A DNA stretch of 52,440 nucleotides from Pirellulales bacterium (lineage in GTDB: Bacteria; Planctomycetota; Planctomycetia; Pirellulales; JAICIG01): the NCBI GenBank assembly GCA_040901675.1, contig JBBDYJ010000005.1, positions 1-52,440 on the forward strand, read 5' to 3'. Of the stretch, positions 27,575 to 38,498 are shown piece by piece (position 1 is the first letter of the stretch; the number at the start of each line of letters is the position of its first letter). Both the position numbers and the translations under genes were made by a program. The notes beneath the pieces are model-generated. The model was not told the origin of the DNA and ran no database searches. It saw only the letters and a list, made by a program, of their open reading frames with translations.

Positions 27575-29140
27575 TTAATCCAGAAAGCCCGACAGCTCCT
27601 GGCTGCGGCTGGGCTGCTGCAGCTTGCGAACCGCCTTGGCTTCGATCTGGCGGATGCGCTCGCGGGTCACCTTGAAAATGTGACCCACTTCCTCCAGCGT
27701 GTAACTGTAGCCGTCCCCCAGGCCATAGCGGAGCTTGATGATCTCCCGCTCGCGGTAGCTGAGGGTCTTGAGGACCTTGTTGATCCGCCCGCGGAGCATC
27801 TCCTGGGCGGCCCCGGTGGCGGGACTCTCGGCTCCCGAGTCGGGCAGCAGGTCGCCAAAGTGGCTGTCCTCGCTGTTGCCGACCGGTCGGTCGAGGCTGA
27901 TCGGGTAGCGGCTCATCGCCATCACCCGCCGGGCCTCGTCCACCGCGGTTCCGGCCGCACGGGCCGTCTCCTCGATGGTCGGCTCGCGGCCCAGCTCCTG
28001 GAGCAACTGCCGCGAAACATTGCGGACCTTCGACATGGTTTCGACCATGTGCACCGGGATGCGGATGGTGCGGCTCTGGTCGGCCACGGCCCGCGTGATC
28101 GCCTGCCGGATCCACCAGGTGGCGTAGGTGCAGAACTTGAAGCCGCGGCGATACTCGAACTTGTCCACCGCCCGCATCAGTCCGGCATTGCCCTCCTGGA
28201 TCAGGTCGAGGAAGCTGAGGCCGCGGTTGCGGTACTTTTTGGCGATCGAGACCACCAATCGCAAGTTGCCCTCGGACAACCCTCGCTTGGCGCGCTGGTA
28301 TTGGGTGTAGACGACCTTCAAGTACTGGACGCGCTTGCGCAGGCTGGTGGGAGTCTCCTGCGCGGCACGCAAAATACCGCGGTACTCGTTGATCCAAGGC
28401 AGGCGCTCGTCCAGCGGACCCTTGGCCGCCTTGTGGGCCTCGATCTGACGCTTCAGATCGTCGACCCGGCGGCTGAAGTCCTCGACCACCTTGATCATCG
28501 GCTCGATCCGCTGGGTGCGCAGTCCCAGCTCCTCCACGAGCCGGACTGCCCGCAGCCGCCGGCGCCCCAGCCGCCGCCAGGCCTCGCGCCGCTGAACGGC
28601 CCGCGCGCTTTTCGAGGCCGCCAGGTGATAGTCGCGGCGATTGCGCTTGAGCAGGATATCCAAGGTCCGGAGGTTGTGGGGAAAGCGGCCGAGAATCTGC
28701 TCCTTCTCCAGCCGATCGGTGACGGAGACCTGCACCGTGCGGTCGAATGGGAGTTCGCCCGTATAGACCCGCTTGAGAACTTTGACAGCGGATTGAATGA
28801 CGTAGTCGCACTCCAACAGCTTGCGGCGGAAGCGAGCCCGGGTGATTTCGATTTCCTTGGCCAGGGCGATTTCCTGCTTGCGCGTCAGCAGGGGGATCTC
28901 GCCCATCTGGGTCAAGTACATCCGCACCGGATCGTCCGACCACGACTCGTTTTCCTCGCCGGCCGCCAGCAGTAGCTCGTCGGCCTTGAGTTCCGCCTCG
29001 GCATCGACATCGACCACCACGGCCACGTCGCCGTGCACATCGTCCTCATCGTCGACGACCTCTTTATCGGCCAGGTCAACCGCATCGTCCGGGCTGGGAG
29101 TCCCCTCGTCTTCCAAATCGTCCAACAGTGCGTCGTACAA
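27575..29140 (-). CDS. rpoD: Primary-type RNA polymerase sigma-70 factor (RpoD/SigA family)
   Basis: [55 protein letters not shown] and [19 protein letters not shown]. It may be one of several paralogs. Confidence 0.9.
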   Translation of the reverse strand: MYDALLDDLEDEGTPSPDDAVDLADKEVVDDEDDVHGDVAVVVDVDAEAELKADELLLAAGEENESWSDDPVRMYLTQMGEIPLLTRKQEIALAKEIEITRARFRRKLLECDYVIQSAVKVLKRVYTGELPFDRTVQVSVTDRLEKEQILGRFPHNLRTLDILLKRNRRDYHLAASKSARAVQRREAWRRLGRRRLRAVRLVEELGLRTQRIEPMIKVVEDFSRRVDDLKRQIEAHKAAKGPLDERLPWINEYRGILRAAQETPTSLRKRVQYLKVVYTQYQRAKRGLSEGNLRLVVSIAKKYRNRGLSFLDLIQEGNAGLMRAVDKFEYRRGFKFCTYATWWIRQAITRAVADQSRTIRIPVHMVETMSKVRNVSRQLLQELGREPTIEETARAAGTAVDEARRVMAMSRYPISLDRPVGNSEDSHFGDLLPDSGAESPATGAAQEMLRGRINKVLKTLSYREREIIKLRYGLGDGYSYTLEEVGHIFKVTRERIRQIEAKAVRKLQQPSRSQELSGFLD

Positions 29141-29882
29141 AGCAACACTCCTACAAGGTGAGCCTAAGTGGTGGGCCGGACCTGGAACGGGTCTGTCTTG
29201 CGTGCTGCCAAACGTGCGCGCTCACGCCGACCACGGATCCGTGTTGCAGAGGCAAGGTGGGAATAGGCCTCCTGCGGTGTACCACGGCATCGTGATAGCG
29301 TCATCACCGACCCCAAGTCCAACGATTATCTACAGATGCTCCGCGAAAATCCAACAAATTCTAACACGATTTTTAGCTTAGTCGCCGCAGCCCCGCATTT
29401 GGCTATAAATGACAGCAGGGTTGACGATGACGCCTTATCCTATTTTCTCCAGACAACCCATATTGACACTTGGGCAACCCAAAAGACCCAATCCCTTTTT
29501 TCCGTGAGTCGTCGGCTTAGCAGATCACGCAAGACCATCGAGGGGTGGGCCGGCAGTCTCTTTGGTCGCTCACCGGCGATACCCGTCCAAAGCCGCCAGC
29601 CAGCGCCGCGCGGCTCTCTCCATGCCTTGTCCGCACACGGCGATCGACTTCAAGACTGCCGATCTCCGGCCTGCCCGGCTGCCTCTGCTACAGCTCCGTG
29701 CCTGAGCGTCCCCGCCCCGGATCGCCGCCCCCCCACCGCATCGTCATGATGCTAGCAATCCAAGGCCCTTTAGCCCTTCCGAATTAGGCTCTTAGGAAAT
29801 ACTACGCACGTCTCGGTTCTGGTCCAGTGCGGGGGGGAAAGTATTTTTTGACGGGGGGGTACAAGGCAGGGTGGTCCAGCCT

Positions 29883-30866
29883 CTAAACCAGGCGGTAGAA
29901 CCTCACGGCATTGTCGTGGAACAGCTTCCGTTGCTCGTCGCGGCCGCGGTCGGCCACGATCGCCCGCAGCGCCTCGACCCATTGGCCCAGCGAGGCGGCC
30001 AGGGTGCAGACCGGCCAGTCGCCGCCGAACACCACCCGCTCAGGGCCGAAACAGTCGAGCGTGTGATTGATGATCGGAGCCAGGTTGTCCAGCGACCACT
30101 GGCCCCCGGGCCCTGAGGCGATAATACCCGAGATTTTGGCGATGACGTTCTTGCGGCCGGCCAGCGCCTCGATGTCGCGCCGCCAGGCGGACAGGTCGTC
30201 CGAGAGCACGCTGGCATTTCCGCAGTGGTCGAGGACAAAACGCGTGTCGGGGCACGCATCGACCAGCTTAACGCCGTCGGCCAGCTCGGCGGACCGCATG
30301 CACAAATCGAAGCTCCACCCCTGCTCGCCCAGCAGCCGCACTCCGGCCACGAACGCCTCCTGGAGGCAGAACGCGGCCGGCGTCTCGGGACCGTGCAGCA
30401 CCTGGCGAACGCCGCGCAGACAGGCGTTGCCCTTGTGCCGGGCCAGGTACTGGGCAAACTTTGCGTCCGCCGGACGCCCTGAAACCACGGCCGCCGCCAT
30501 CGGATTATCGCCGGCCTGGCAAAGCCGGGTGACGTACTCGATTTCGGCATCGTGCTGGGTGGGATCGACATCCACCTCCATATAGACCGTCTTGACCACT
30601 CCGAGCCCCTGGCTGGCCTGGAGGTAGTCGCTCATCAAAAAGCTTCGTGCCAGCGTACCAGCGCCCTTGACCCATGGCAGGCGGAACTGCGACAGGTCCC
30701 AAAGATGCTGGTGCGTATCGACGATCGGCACTGGCTTGCTCCTCGGTTGTTCGGCTGCCGCCAGACGCTCAGTCAGCCAGCCCGACGGTGTCGAGGCGGC
30801 TGCAGCGGCGGCAGCCATGCTGCCCGCACCCACGAGGAACTGTCGGCGGTTTTCGGGGTTCGGCAT
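29883..30866 (-). CDS. Tat-exported amidohydrolase-2 family protein (sugar lactonase-like)
   Basis: NRRQFL twin-arginine signal, IVDTHQHLWD, VLDHCG and FGGDWPVC. Confidence 0.87.
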   Translation of the reverse strand: MPNPENRRQFLVGAGSMAAAAAAASTPSGWLTERLAAAEQPRSKPVPIVDTHQHLWDLSQFRLPWVKGAGTLARSFLMSDYLQASQGLGVVKTVYMEVDVDPTQHDAEIEYVTRLCQAGDNPMAAAVVSGRPADAKFAQYLARHKGNACLRGVRQVLHGPETPAAFCLQEAFVAGVRLLGEQGWSFDLCMRSAELADGVKLVDACPDTRFVLDHCGNASVLSDDLSAWRRDIEALAGRKNVIAKISGIIASGPGGQWSLDNLAPIINHTLDCFGPERVVFGGDWPVCTLAASLGQWVEALRAIVADRGRDEQRKLFHDNAVRFYRLV

Positions 30867-30919
30867 GGCAGTAGTTCGCGAAAATCGCTTTCAGCCTTCA
30901 GCAACGAAGGCAAGACGTT

Positions 30920-30961
30920 CCAAAACTACGGCCCCAAAACTACGGTCCCAAAACTACGGCC
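30920..30961. repeat. 14-bp tandem repeat CCAAAACTACGG(C/T)C, 3 copies
   Basis: Directly visible in the divergent intergenic region between the amidohydrolase and miaB. Confidence 0.9.
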
Positions 30962-31172
30962 CCGATGGTCACCCCTGCCCGAACCCTGGCGAGCGCTAAT
31001 ATACTAAGCCTCTCCGCGCCGCCTTTCAAAGCGCTGCGTCCTCCTCCATTCTGCCTTCTCCTCGCCCCGGTCACCTGCCTTTCTCCTTCTTCCTTCCTCG
31101 GTTAGGATAACGGCTTGGGATGCGACTTTCGAAGGCACGAACACTCAACAAGACACCGCCCAAACGCGCCGG

Positions 31173-32588
31173 ATGGAACGCACGCTGTACATCGAGACCG
31201 TCGGCTGCCAGATGAACATGCTCGACAGCGAGCTGGTGGTGGCCAGTCTGCGGAGTCAAGGGTACCGGCTGGTGCACTCCGCGGAGCAGGCCGACACCGT
31301 CCTGTTCAATACGTGCAGCGTCCGGCAGCATGCCGAAGACAAGATCTACAGTGCCCTGGGCCGCTTGAAGCAGGCCAAGCGCAAGCACCCGCAGAAGATC
31401 ATCGGTGTGCTGGGCTGCATGGCGCAGAAGGACCAGAAGCTGATCTTCGAGCGGGCGCCGTACGTGGACCTGGTGGTCGGACCCGGCCAGTTGCACCGCA
31501 TCGCCGAGCTGCTGGCCGAGGTGGCCGGCGGCTCCGGACCCCGGCTCGAAGTCAGCCTGGATCGCCGCAGCGGCAGCCGGGCCGAGATCGAGCAGAGCTT
31601 TGAAAGCTACGACCCGCTGCGCGACGAGCAGATGCGGCCCAGCCGCTGGCAGGCCTTCGTGCGGGTGATGATCGGCTGCGACAAGTTCTGCACCTACTGC
31701 ATCGTGCCCAGCGTGCGCGGGCCCGAGCAAAGCCGGCCGGCCGCGCATATCGAGGCCGAAGTGCGCAAGCTGGCCGCCGAGGGGTGCCGTGAGATCACCT
31801 TGCTGGGCCAGACGGTCAACAGCTATCGGCACACCGCCGGCGGCAGGACTACTCGGCTTTCGGACCTCATCGAGCGGTTGCACGCCATCGACGGGATCGA
31901 CCGCATCAAGTTCGTGACCAACTTTCCCAAGGACATGACCGACGACCTGCTGGAGGCAGTGCGCGATTTGCCCAAGTGTTCGCCGTACCTGCACGTGCCG
32001 GCGCAGAGCGGTTCGGACGAGGTGCTGCGGAGGATGAAACGCGGCTACACGGTCGGCGAGTACCGCGAAATGCTGGCGCGGATCCGCCAGACGGTTCCGG
32101 CGGCCGCCGTGACCAGCGACTGGATCGTCGGTTTCCCCGGTGAGACGGAAGAGGATTTCCAGGCCACCGCCCAACTGCTGAGCGAGGGACGCTTCAAGAA
32201 CAGCTTCGTCTTCAAGTACAGCCCTCGGCCGGGAACCAAGGCCTTCGAGCGGCTGCCCGACGACGTGCCGGAAGCGGTCAAACGCAGCCGCAACCAGCAC
32301 CTGCTGGCCCTGCAAACTCAGATCAGCGAAGAGGACAACCAGGCCTTCCTGGGCCGTGAAGTCGAAGTGCTGGTGGAAGGGCCCAGCAAATCGAGCCAGA
32401 AGCACCAGGCCGAGAGCGACGTGCTGCAATTGACCGGGCGCACGGCCTGCGACCGGATTGCGGTCTTCGAGGGCAACCGGCGGCTGAGCGGCCAGTTTGT
32501 CAAGTTGCGCGTTTACGACGCAACCGCCTTCACGCTCTTCGCCAGCGTGGTGACGGCCGAAGCGGGCCCTGAAGTGTACAGCCTGTAG
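31173..32588 (+). CDS. miaB: tRNA-2-methylthio-N6-dimethylallyladenosine synthase
   Basis: TVGCQMNMLDSE, NTCSVR, GCDKFCTYCIVP, IVGFPGETEEDF and a TRAM-like C-terminus. Confidence 0.96.
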   Translation: MERTLYIETVGCQMNMLDSELVVASLRSQGYRLVHSAEQADTVLFNTCSVRQHAEDKIYSALGRLKQAKRKHPQKIIGVLGCMAQKDQKLIFERAPYVDLVVGPGQLHRIAELLAEVAGGSGPRLEVSLDRRSGSRAEIEQSFESYDPLRDEQMRPSRWQAFVRVMIGCDKFCTYCIVPSVRGPEQSRPAAHIEAEVRKLAAEGCREITLLGQTVNSYRHTAGGRTTRLSDLIERLHAIDGIDRIKFVTNFPKDMTDDLLEAVRDLPKCSPYLHVPAQSGSDEVLRRMKRGYTVGEYREMLARIRQTVPAAAVTSDWIVGFPGETEEDFQATAQLLSEGRFKNSFVFKYSPRPGTKAFERLPDDVPEAVKRSRNQHLLALQTQISEEDNQAFLGREVEVLVEGPSKSSQKHQAESDVLQLTGRTACDRIAVFEGNRRLSGQFVKLRVYDATAFTLFASVVTAEAGPEVYSL

Positions 32589-32624
32589 CGGGCCGGTAGC
32601 GCAGTTGGACCGGAAAACCGTCTG

Positions 32625-35600
32625 ATGCAGATCGACGAGCTGCGCCGATACCTGGACGACCCGCGCGAGGCAGAAGGCTGGCTGCGCGGCTGGGGCCTGG
32701 TCGATGCGCGACGGGCCCATGGGAACCTCGTCCGGATGGCCACTGCTGGCCTCACGCTCGACCTGATGAGCGTGATCGCCGACTCGCTGGCCCGATTCCT
32801 GCCCCACTCGAGCGATCCGGACATGGCGCTGAACAATCTGGACCGCTTCGTGGCCGCTGCCCGCAACCCGCTCTCGCTGGGTTCGCTGTTCGAACGCGAT
32901 CCGCAATCGCTGGCGATCCTGTTGCAGATTTTTTCGACCAGCCAGCACTTCAGCGACCTGTTGATCGCCGATCCTGAAAGCTACGACCTGCTGCGGATGA
33001 CCGAGGGGCAGCCGGTGGCCCGCGAGCTGCTCATCGAGGAGTTGGCCGGCGAGGTGGAGGCCCTGGCCGACGTTTCGGCGGTCCGGGCGGCGCTGCGCCG
33101 CTTTAAGCGGCGCGAGACGCTGCGCATCTCGTACGGCGATATTATCCGGGGCCAGCACCTTCAGACCGTGACCTTGCAGATCTCCTACCTGGCCGACGCT
33201 ATCGTCGAGTCGGCCATTCGTTTCGCCCGCCGCGAGCTGGAGACCAAGCGCGGTGTGCCGCGCCGAGCGGACGCCGAGCGGGCCCGCTTCGTGGCCCTGG
33301 GCATGGGAAAGCTGGGCGGAGAAGAGCTGAACTATTCCAGCGACATCGACCTGGTCTTCCTCTACGATGCGGACGGCGGCACCGACGGCGCGCGGCCGAT
33401 TGCCAACTGCGAATTTTTCGACCGGCTCGTCCGCGAGGTAGTCAAGCTGCTGACCGAACCCACCGAAATGGGATACGCCTACCGAGTGGACCTGCGGCTG
33501 CGGCCCGAGGGAGAGCGCGGGCCGGTAGTACACAGCCTCGAGGCGGCCATGGCCTATTACGACCTGATGGGCCGCACTTGGGAACGCCAGGCCTACGTCA
33601 AGGCCAGGCCGATCGCCGGCGACCTGGAGCTGGGGCGCGAGTTTCTGGCACACCTGGAGCCCTGGATTTATCGCCGCTATTTGAGCCTGGCCGACATCAC
33701 GGGCATCAAGGCGCTCAAGCGCCGCATCGAGCAGCGGGCCCAGTCGGTGGGCGGCGAAGCGCGCGACGTGAAAACGGGCCGCGGCGGAATCCGTGACGTC
33801 GAGTTCGTGATCCAGTTCCTGCAGTTGCTCAATGGGGGGGACCTGCCCCAGTTGCGAACCGGCAACACGCTGGAAGCGATCACCAGCCTGGAAGGAGCCG
33901 GCTGCCTGACTCACCAGGAACGTACGCTGCTGGAGGAGAACTACGGGTTCTTACGAAAGATCGAGCACCGGCTACAGATCATGTTCGACTTGCAGACGCA
34001 CCTGTTGCCCGACGAGCCCGGCGAACTGCGCAAGCTGGCCATCCGCATGGGCTATGGCGACGGCGCGCCGGCCAAGGCACTCGTCGCGTTCGAGCGCGAT
34101 TATCAAGGCAAGACGGCCTTGAACCGCAAGATTCTCGACCATCTCTTGCACGACGCCTTCGGCGACGACGCCGAGATCGAGCCGGAAGTCGACCTGGTGC
34201 TCGACCCCTCGCCGCCGCCCGAGCGGATCGCCGAAGTGTTAGGCCGATACCCGTTTCGCGACATCCCGCTGGCATATCAGAACCTGATGGCCCTGGCCAC
34301 CGAGCGGATCCGCTTTCTGTCCACCCGCCGCTGCCGGCATTTTCTGGCTTCGATCGCGCCCCGGCTGCTCAAGGCGATCGCGGCCACCCCCGACCCCGAC
34401 TCGACGCTGGTCAACCTGGAGAAAGTCAGCGACTCGCTGGGCGGCAAGGGCGTGCTGTGGGAGTTGTTCAGCTTCAACCCCCCCTCGATGAGCCTGTACG
34501 TCGAGTTGTGCGCCTTCAGCCCCTTCCTGTCGGGCATCCTGACCAGCAACCCGGGCATGATCGACGAGCTGATGGACAGCCTGGTGCTGAACAAGCTCCC
34601 CAGCCGCCAGGATCTGGACCAGACGCTGGACGAGTTGGCACACGCGGCCGAGGACCTCGACCCCATTCTCCACAGCTTCAAGAACACGCAGCAACTGCGG
34701 GTCGGCGTGCGCGACATCCTGGGCAAGGAGGACATCCAGGCCACCACCGGCGCATTGTCCGACATCGCCGAGACGTGCCTGGCACGTATCACCCAGACGC
34801 AGTACGAGATGCTCGTGGGCAAGCTCGGCAGGCCGACCATCGGCGAAGGGCCGCGGGCAGGCGAGCCGTGCGCGCTGGCGGTGCTGGCGTTGGGCAAGCT
34901 GGGCGGGCGCGAGCTGAGCTACCACAGCGACCTGGACCTGGTGTTCCTCTACGAAGCGGACGGGCCGACCGTGCCCTTGCGGCGTTCGCGGGGCACGGCC
35001 ACCAACAATCAGCACTTCTTCAGCGAGCTGGGTCAGCGGATCATCAAGGTAGCCAACCGGCTCGGTCCGTATGGCAAGCTGTACGAAGTCGATCCGCGGT
35101 TGCGCCCCACCGGCAAAAGCGGGGCATTGGCCACCACCTTGCAGGAGCTCGCCCGTTACTTTGCCGAAGGGCAGGCCCAGCTCTGGGAGCGGCAGGCCCT
35201 GACCAGGGCCAGGCTGGCCATTGCAGCGCCGGCCGAGACCATGCCCGATCTGCGGCAGTCGGTGGAGCAGCTCCTGGCCCGCTCGGCCTACGACCACCCC
35301 TGGCAGCCGGCCGACGCCGCGGCCATCCGCGAGATGCGAAGGCGGGTGGAGGCCGGCGCCTCGGCGAACAACATCAAGCGCGGTCCCGGCGGTATCGTCG
35401 ACATCGAATTCCTGGTGCAGATGCTCCAGCTCAAGCACGGGCGAGAGAACCCCGACCTGCGGACGGCCAACACGCTCTCGGCCTTGTTGGCGCTGCAGGA
35501 GGCGGGCCACCTGGCGAGCGGCGACTTCGAGCTGTTCACCCGCGGCTACCGTTTTTTGCGTTCGATCGAGGCCCGCTTGCGGCTGATGAACACCACCAGC

Positions 35601-35747
35601 CGCAACGATCTGCCCGAGGACCGCTTGGAATTGGCCAAGCTGGCCAGGGCCATGGATTATGCGGACGAGGCTCAATTGCTGGCGGCCGTCCGCGACGTCA
35701 CCAGGCAAAACCGCGAGCGATTCGAGCATTATTTCAGGACAGGCTGA
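32625..35747 (+). CDS. glnE: Bifunctional glutamine synthetase adenylyltransferase/adenylyl-removing enzyme
   Basis: Two nucleotidyltransferase modules (GKLGGEELNYSSDIDL and GKLGGRELSYHSDLDL), VDLRLRPEG, WERQA and GGIRDVEF. Confidence 0.95.
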   Translation: MQIDELRRYLDDPREAEGWLRGWGLVDARRAHGNLVRMATAGLTLDLMSVIADSLARFLPHSSDPDMALNNLDRFVAAARNPLSLGSLFERDPQSLAILLQIFSTSQHFSDLLIADPESYDLLRMTEGQPVARELLIEELAGEVEALADVSAVRAALRRFKRRETLRISYGDIIRGQHLQTVTLQISYLADAIVESAIRFARRELETKRGVPRRADAERARFVALGMGKLGGEELNYSSDIDLVFLYDADGGTDGARPIANCEFFDRLVREVVKLLTEPTEMGYAYRVDLRLRPEGERGPVVHSLEAAMAYYDLMGRTWERQAYVKARPIAGDLELGREFLAHLEPWIYRRYLSLADITGIKALKRRIEQRAQSVGGEARDVKTGRGGIRDVEFVIQFLQLLNGGDLPQLRTGNTLEAITSLEGAGCLTHQERTLLEENYGFLRKIEHRLQIMFDLQTHLLPDEPGELRKLAIRMGYGDGAPAKALVAFERDYQGKTALNRKILDHLLHDAFGDDAEIEPEVDLVLDPSPPPERIAEVLGRYPFRDIPLAYQNLMALATERIRFLSTRRCRHFLASIAPRLLKAIAATPDPDSTLVNLEKVSDSLGGKGVLWELFSFNPPSMSLYVELCAFSPFLSGILTSNPGMIDELMDSLVLNKLPSRQDLDQTLDELAHAAEDLDPILHSFKNTQQLRVGVRDILGKEDIQATTGALSDIAETCLARITQTQYEMLVGKLGRPTIGEGPRAGEPCALAVLALGKLGGRELSYHSDLDLVFLYEADGPTVPLRRSRGTATNNQHFFSELGQRIIKVANRLGPYGKLYEVDPRLRPTGKSGALATTLQELARYFAEGQAQLWERQALTRARLAIAAPAETMPDLRQSVEQLLARSAYDHPWQPADAAAIREMRRRVEAGASANNIKRGPGGIVDIEFLVQMLQLKHGRENPDLRTANTLSALLALQEAGHLASGDFELFTRGYRFLRSIEARLRLMNTTSRNDLPEDRLELAKLARAMDYADEAQLLAAVRDVTRQNRERFEHYFRTG

Positions 35748-35863
35748 AGGCGGGAGGCTGAAGGCGGAGGCTATGGACGGCTGCAACTGCTGTGTGAAAA
35801 CTACCGTGTGAAGACCGGCCGTGTGAGAAACTGAAACTAAAAACTGTTTCCCCGAGGTGCACG

Positions 35864-37123
35864 ATGAAAACGTGGTGCTTGCTTCTGATCGGCGTCGGCC
35901 TGGGCATCTTTTCGCTGGCGGCAGGGGCGACCGACTGGCCGCAGTGGCGCGGGCCTCTGCGCAACGGGATCTCGGGGGAAACGGGGCTGCTTCGAGAGTG
36001 GCCCGAGGGCGGGCCCAAGCTGGTTTGGCAGGTGACGGAGATTGGCTCGGGATACTCGACTCCGGCCGTAGTCGGTGATCGCCTCTACCTGTTGAGCAAC
36101 CAGGGAGTGGACGACGAATTCGTCCAGGCGCTCGACGCCAAAGACGGCAGCCAGGTCTGGTCCACGCGCATCGGCAAGGTCGGCAACCCCGACCAGAACC
36201 CCCCGTACCCCGGTGCGCGATCGACCCCGACGGTCGACGCCAAGCTGATGTATGCCCTCGGCTCCGACGGCGACCTGGCCTGCCTGGAGACGAGCTCCGG
36301 CCAGATCCAGTGGCAAGAAAACCTTCGCACGCAGTTCGGCGGCCAGCCGGGTGTCTGGGCCTACTCGGAGTCGCCGCTGGTCGATGGCGACGCCCTTGTC
36401 TGCACACCGGGCGGCGCCGAGTCGACACTGGTCGCGCTGAACAAGAATACAGGCGACCTGATCTGGAAATGTGCGGTGCCGGGCGGAGACCAGGCCGCCT
36501 ACGCCTCGGTCGTCGTCGTTGAAGTCGGCGGTGTCAAGCAGTACGTCCAGTTCCTCCAGAAGGGGCTGGTGGGCGTGAATGCGGAAAGCGGCGAGTTCCT
36601 GTGGCGCTACGACAGGACGGCCGAAGGGAGCCCGGCCAACATCCCGACCCCCGTGGCCCGCGACGGATACGTTTACAGCGCCGCCGGCCGCAGCGGCGGA
36701 GGCCTGGTCAAGCTGAACGTCGACCAAGGGAAAGTCGAAGCGGAGGAGGTTTACTTCGACCCGAAGCTGCCCACCAGCCTCGGCGGAGCGGTGCTGGTGG
36801 GGGACCACTTGTACGGGACCACCGGGCAGGGCCTGGTCTGCGCCGACTTCATCACGGGCGAGGTGAAGTGGCAGGATCGCGGCATCGGCCCCGGCTCGCT
36901 CTGCTATGCCGACGGCCGCCTCTACATCCACGGCGAGAACGGCGACGTGGCCTTGGTGGAGGCCACGTCGGAGGCCTATCGGGAGCTGGGCCGTTTGACG
37001 CTGCCCGATCAGCCCGATCGCGGCCGCTCGCGGGCCTGGTCGCATCCCGTGATCGCCAACGGCCGTCTCATGATCCGCGACCTCGACACGCTCTGGATGT
37101 ACGACATCCAGGGGAAGCGCTAG
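35864..37123 (+). CDS. Secreted PQQ-like/BamB-like beta-propeller repeat protein
   Basis: Signal peptide, DWPQWRGP, repeated ...TG...W blades and AWSHPVIANGRL. Confidence 0.88.
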   Translation: MKTWCLLLIGVGLGIFSLAAGATDWPQWRGPLRNGISGETGLLREWPEGGPKLVWQVTEIGSGYSTPAVVGDRLYLLSNQGVDDEFVQALDAKDGSQVWSTRIGKVGNPDQNPPYPGARSTPTVDAKLMYALGSDGDLACLETSSGQIQWQENLRTQFGGQPGVWAYSESPLVDGDALVCTPGGAESTLVALNKNTGDLIWKCAVPGGDQAAYASVVVVEVGGVKQYVQFLQKGLVGVNAESGEFLWRYDRTAEGSPANIPTPVARDGYVYSAAGRSGGGLVKLNVDQGKVEAEEVYFDPKLPTSLGGAVLVGDHLYGTTGQGLVCADFITGEVKWQDRGIGPGSLCYADGRLYIHGENGDVALVEATSEAYRELGRLTLPDQPDRGRSRAWSHPVIANGRLMIRDLDTLWMYDIQGKR

Positions 37124-37464
37124 GAGGCAGGGCGGAGTGGTGGATTGGCGATCAGTTTCTTGCCATCCCAGTAACCGAGGCGCCGGCGGATTCTAATATC
37201 TGAAACCGGTGTTCCAATGGGCAGGTTCAGCCCCGCAAGAGTCCCCGGCTGCCGCGCCTGGCGGGCCGCCTGGGAGTCGGCCAGGAAGTCCTGGGCCAGC
37301 CGAGCCGTGAGTACAAGCCGGGCCAGCCCCACAATTCCGACCAACCACCAGGCAGTTCCGGCGGCCACGCCAAGCAGGTAAAGAGCGCTGATCCAACCAC
37401 GGAGAACGGCTCGGGCAGCCCGCCGCTTGCGGCGCTGCTCGGGGTGATTTCCCGATTGATTCAT
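37120..37464 (-). CDS. Small hypothetical membrane protein
   Basis: Basic N-terminus followed by a hydrophobic segment. It fills the gap between genes; no family recognised. Confidence 0.4.
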   Translation of the reverse strand: MNQSGNHPEQRRKRRAARAVLRGWISALYLLGVAAGTAWWLVGIVGLARLVLTARLAQDFLADSQAARQARQPGTLAGLNLPIGTPVSDIRIRRRLGYWDGKKLIANPPLRPAS

Positions 37465-37590
37465 CAAGAACTTACGATATACTCGCAATAGCGGATGACG
37501 TAAATCATTTTTATCACGCAGTTACGGGCGTGATCCATTTCTCGGCATAGCGGCCTGTCACCAGCACCATTTCGGGGGGGTAGGCTCGAC

Positions 37591-37938
37591 ATGCCAGAGA
37601 TGACCGGTGACGAGCGGCAGCGGTTCTTAGATGTGCTGGGAGAAGGGGCAAGGTCCAACGGCTACGTCATCTACGAGAAAGATGCCCGCGAAGACCTCGG
37701 CACTTACCTCGGCGGCTGGTCGGAGCAAGGCGTCACAAAAGAGCTGCTGGCGTACGGACAAGCAGGCGGCAAGATCAGCCGCACCCAGGAAGAACGCGAA
37801 GGATGGAAGGACAAATGGAGATTCTGCTTTCACCTTTGGCCAACGATTGGTGGCCAGAAACTGTATTTCGAGGCTCGATTCGATGAGCGAGACCCCGATG
37901 ACCCTGTAATTCGAATCGTCCGCATTCATCCGCCCTAG
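37591..37938 (+). CDS. Putative type II toxin (MqsR/RelE-like, divergent)
   Basis: 115 aa, directly upstream of an MqsA-like antitoxin. The C-terminal LYFEARF...IRIVRIH resembles the LY.K...IISFH end of MqsR-like toxins. Confidence 0.6.
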   Translation: MPEMTGDERQRFLDVLGEGARSNGYVIYEKDAREDLGTYLGGWSEQGVTKELLAYGQAGGKISRTQEEREGWKDKWRFCFHLWPTIGGQKLYFEARFDERDPDDPVIRIVRIHPP

Positions 37939-37952
37939 ACGCAGGTGCGCCA

Positions 37953-38456
37953 ATGACAAAACGCAACCAAGATCGACCCTTCCCGTGGAGGTGCGGTACT
38001 TGCGATGAGCTGCAAGTCTACCGTACACCGACGGTATACAAGACAGCTATCAAATACGAAGGCCGTCCCTACGAGGTCGAGATTCCGGATCTCGAACTGC
38101 CCAAGTGCAGACAATGCGGGGAAGCGGTCTTCGACAACTTCGCAGGGCGGCAGATTGATCGGGCACTTCGCGCAAAGCTCGGTCTGTTACAGCCAGATCA
38201 GATTCGTGCCGGCCGCATTGAGTTGGCACTCAATCAGCGGGAATTCGCAGCGCACTTGGGCGTCGCCGAGGAATCCATCTCGCGATGGGAAACTGGTGCT
38301 CTCATCCAATCAAGAATTGTCGATCGCCAAATCCGGTTGCTTTTTGAATTCCCAGTCGTTCGGGAAGCGCTTCGACAGATAGAACTTGGCAAGCCAATCG
38401 GTGAGAGGGTGCGAAACGAGCCAATCGGCGAGGCCGGCGAGGTTGTTGCCCGTTGA
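37953..38456 (+). CDS. MqsA-family antitoxin (Zn finger plus XRE HTH)
   Basis: CGTC...CRQCGE zinc ribbon and IRAGRIELALNQREFAAHLGVAEESISRWETG HTH. Confidence 0.88.
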   Translation: MTKRNQDRPFPWRCGTCDELQVYRTPTVYKTAIKYEGRPYEVEIPDLELPKCRQCGEAVFDNFAGRQIDRALRAKLGLLQPDQIRAGRIELALNQREFAAHLGVAEESISRWETGALIQSRIVDRQIRLLFEFPVVREALRQIELGKPIGERVRNEPIGEAGEVVAR

Positions 38457-38498
38457 TGCGGTCGTCTGGCGGTGGCCAACTAAAGACCCACGTTGCGG

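Noticed and set aside
29141..29882. ncRNA or small gene in the long region upstream of the sigma-70 gene
   Set aside because: No recognisable tRNA or ncRNA motif and no convincing ORF; most likely promoter/leader sequence.
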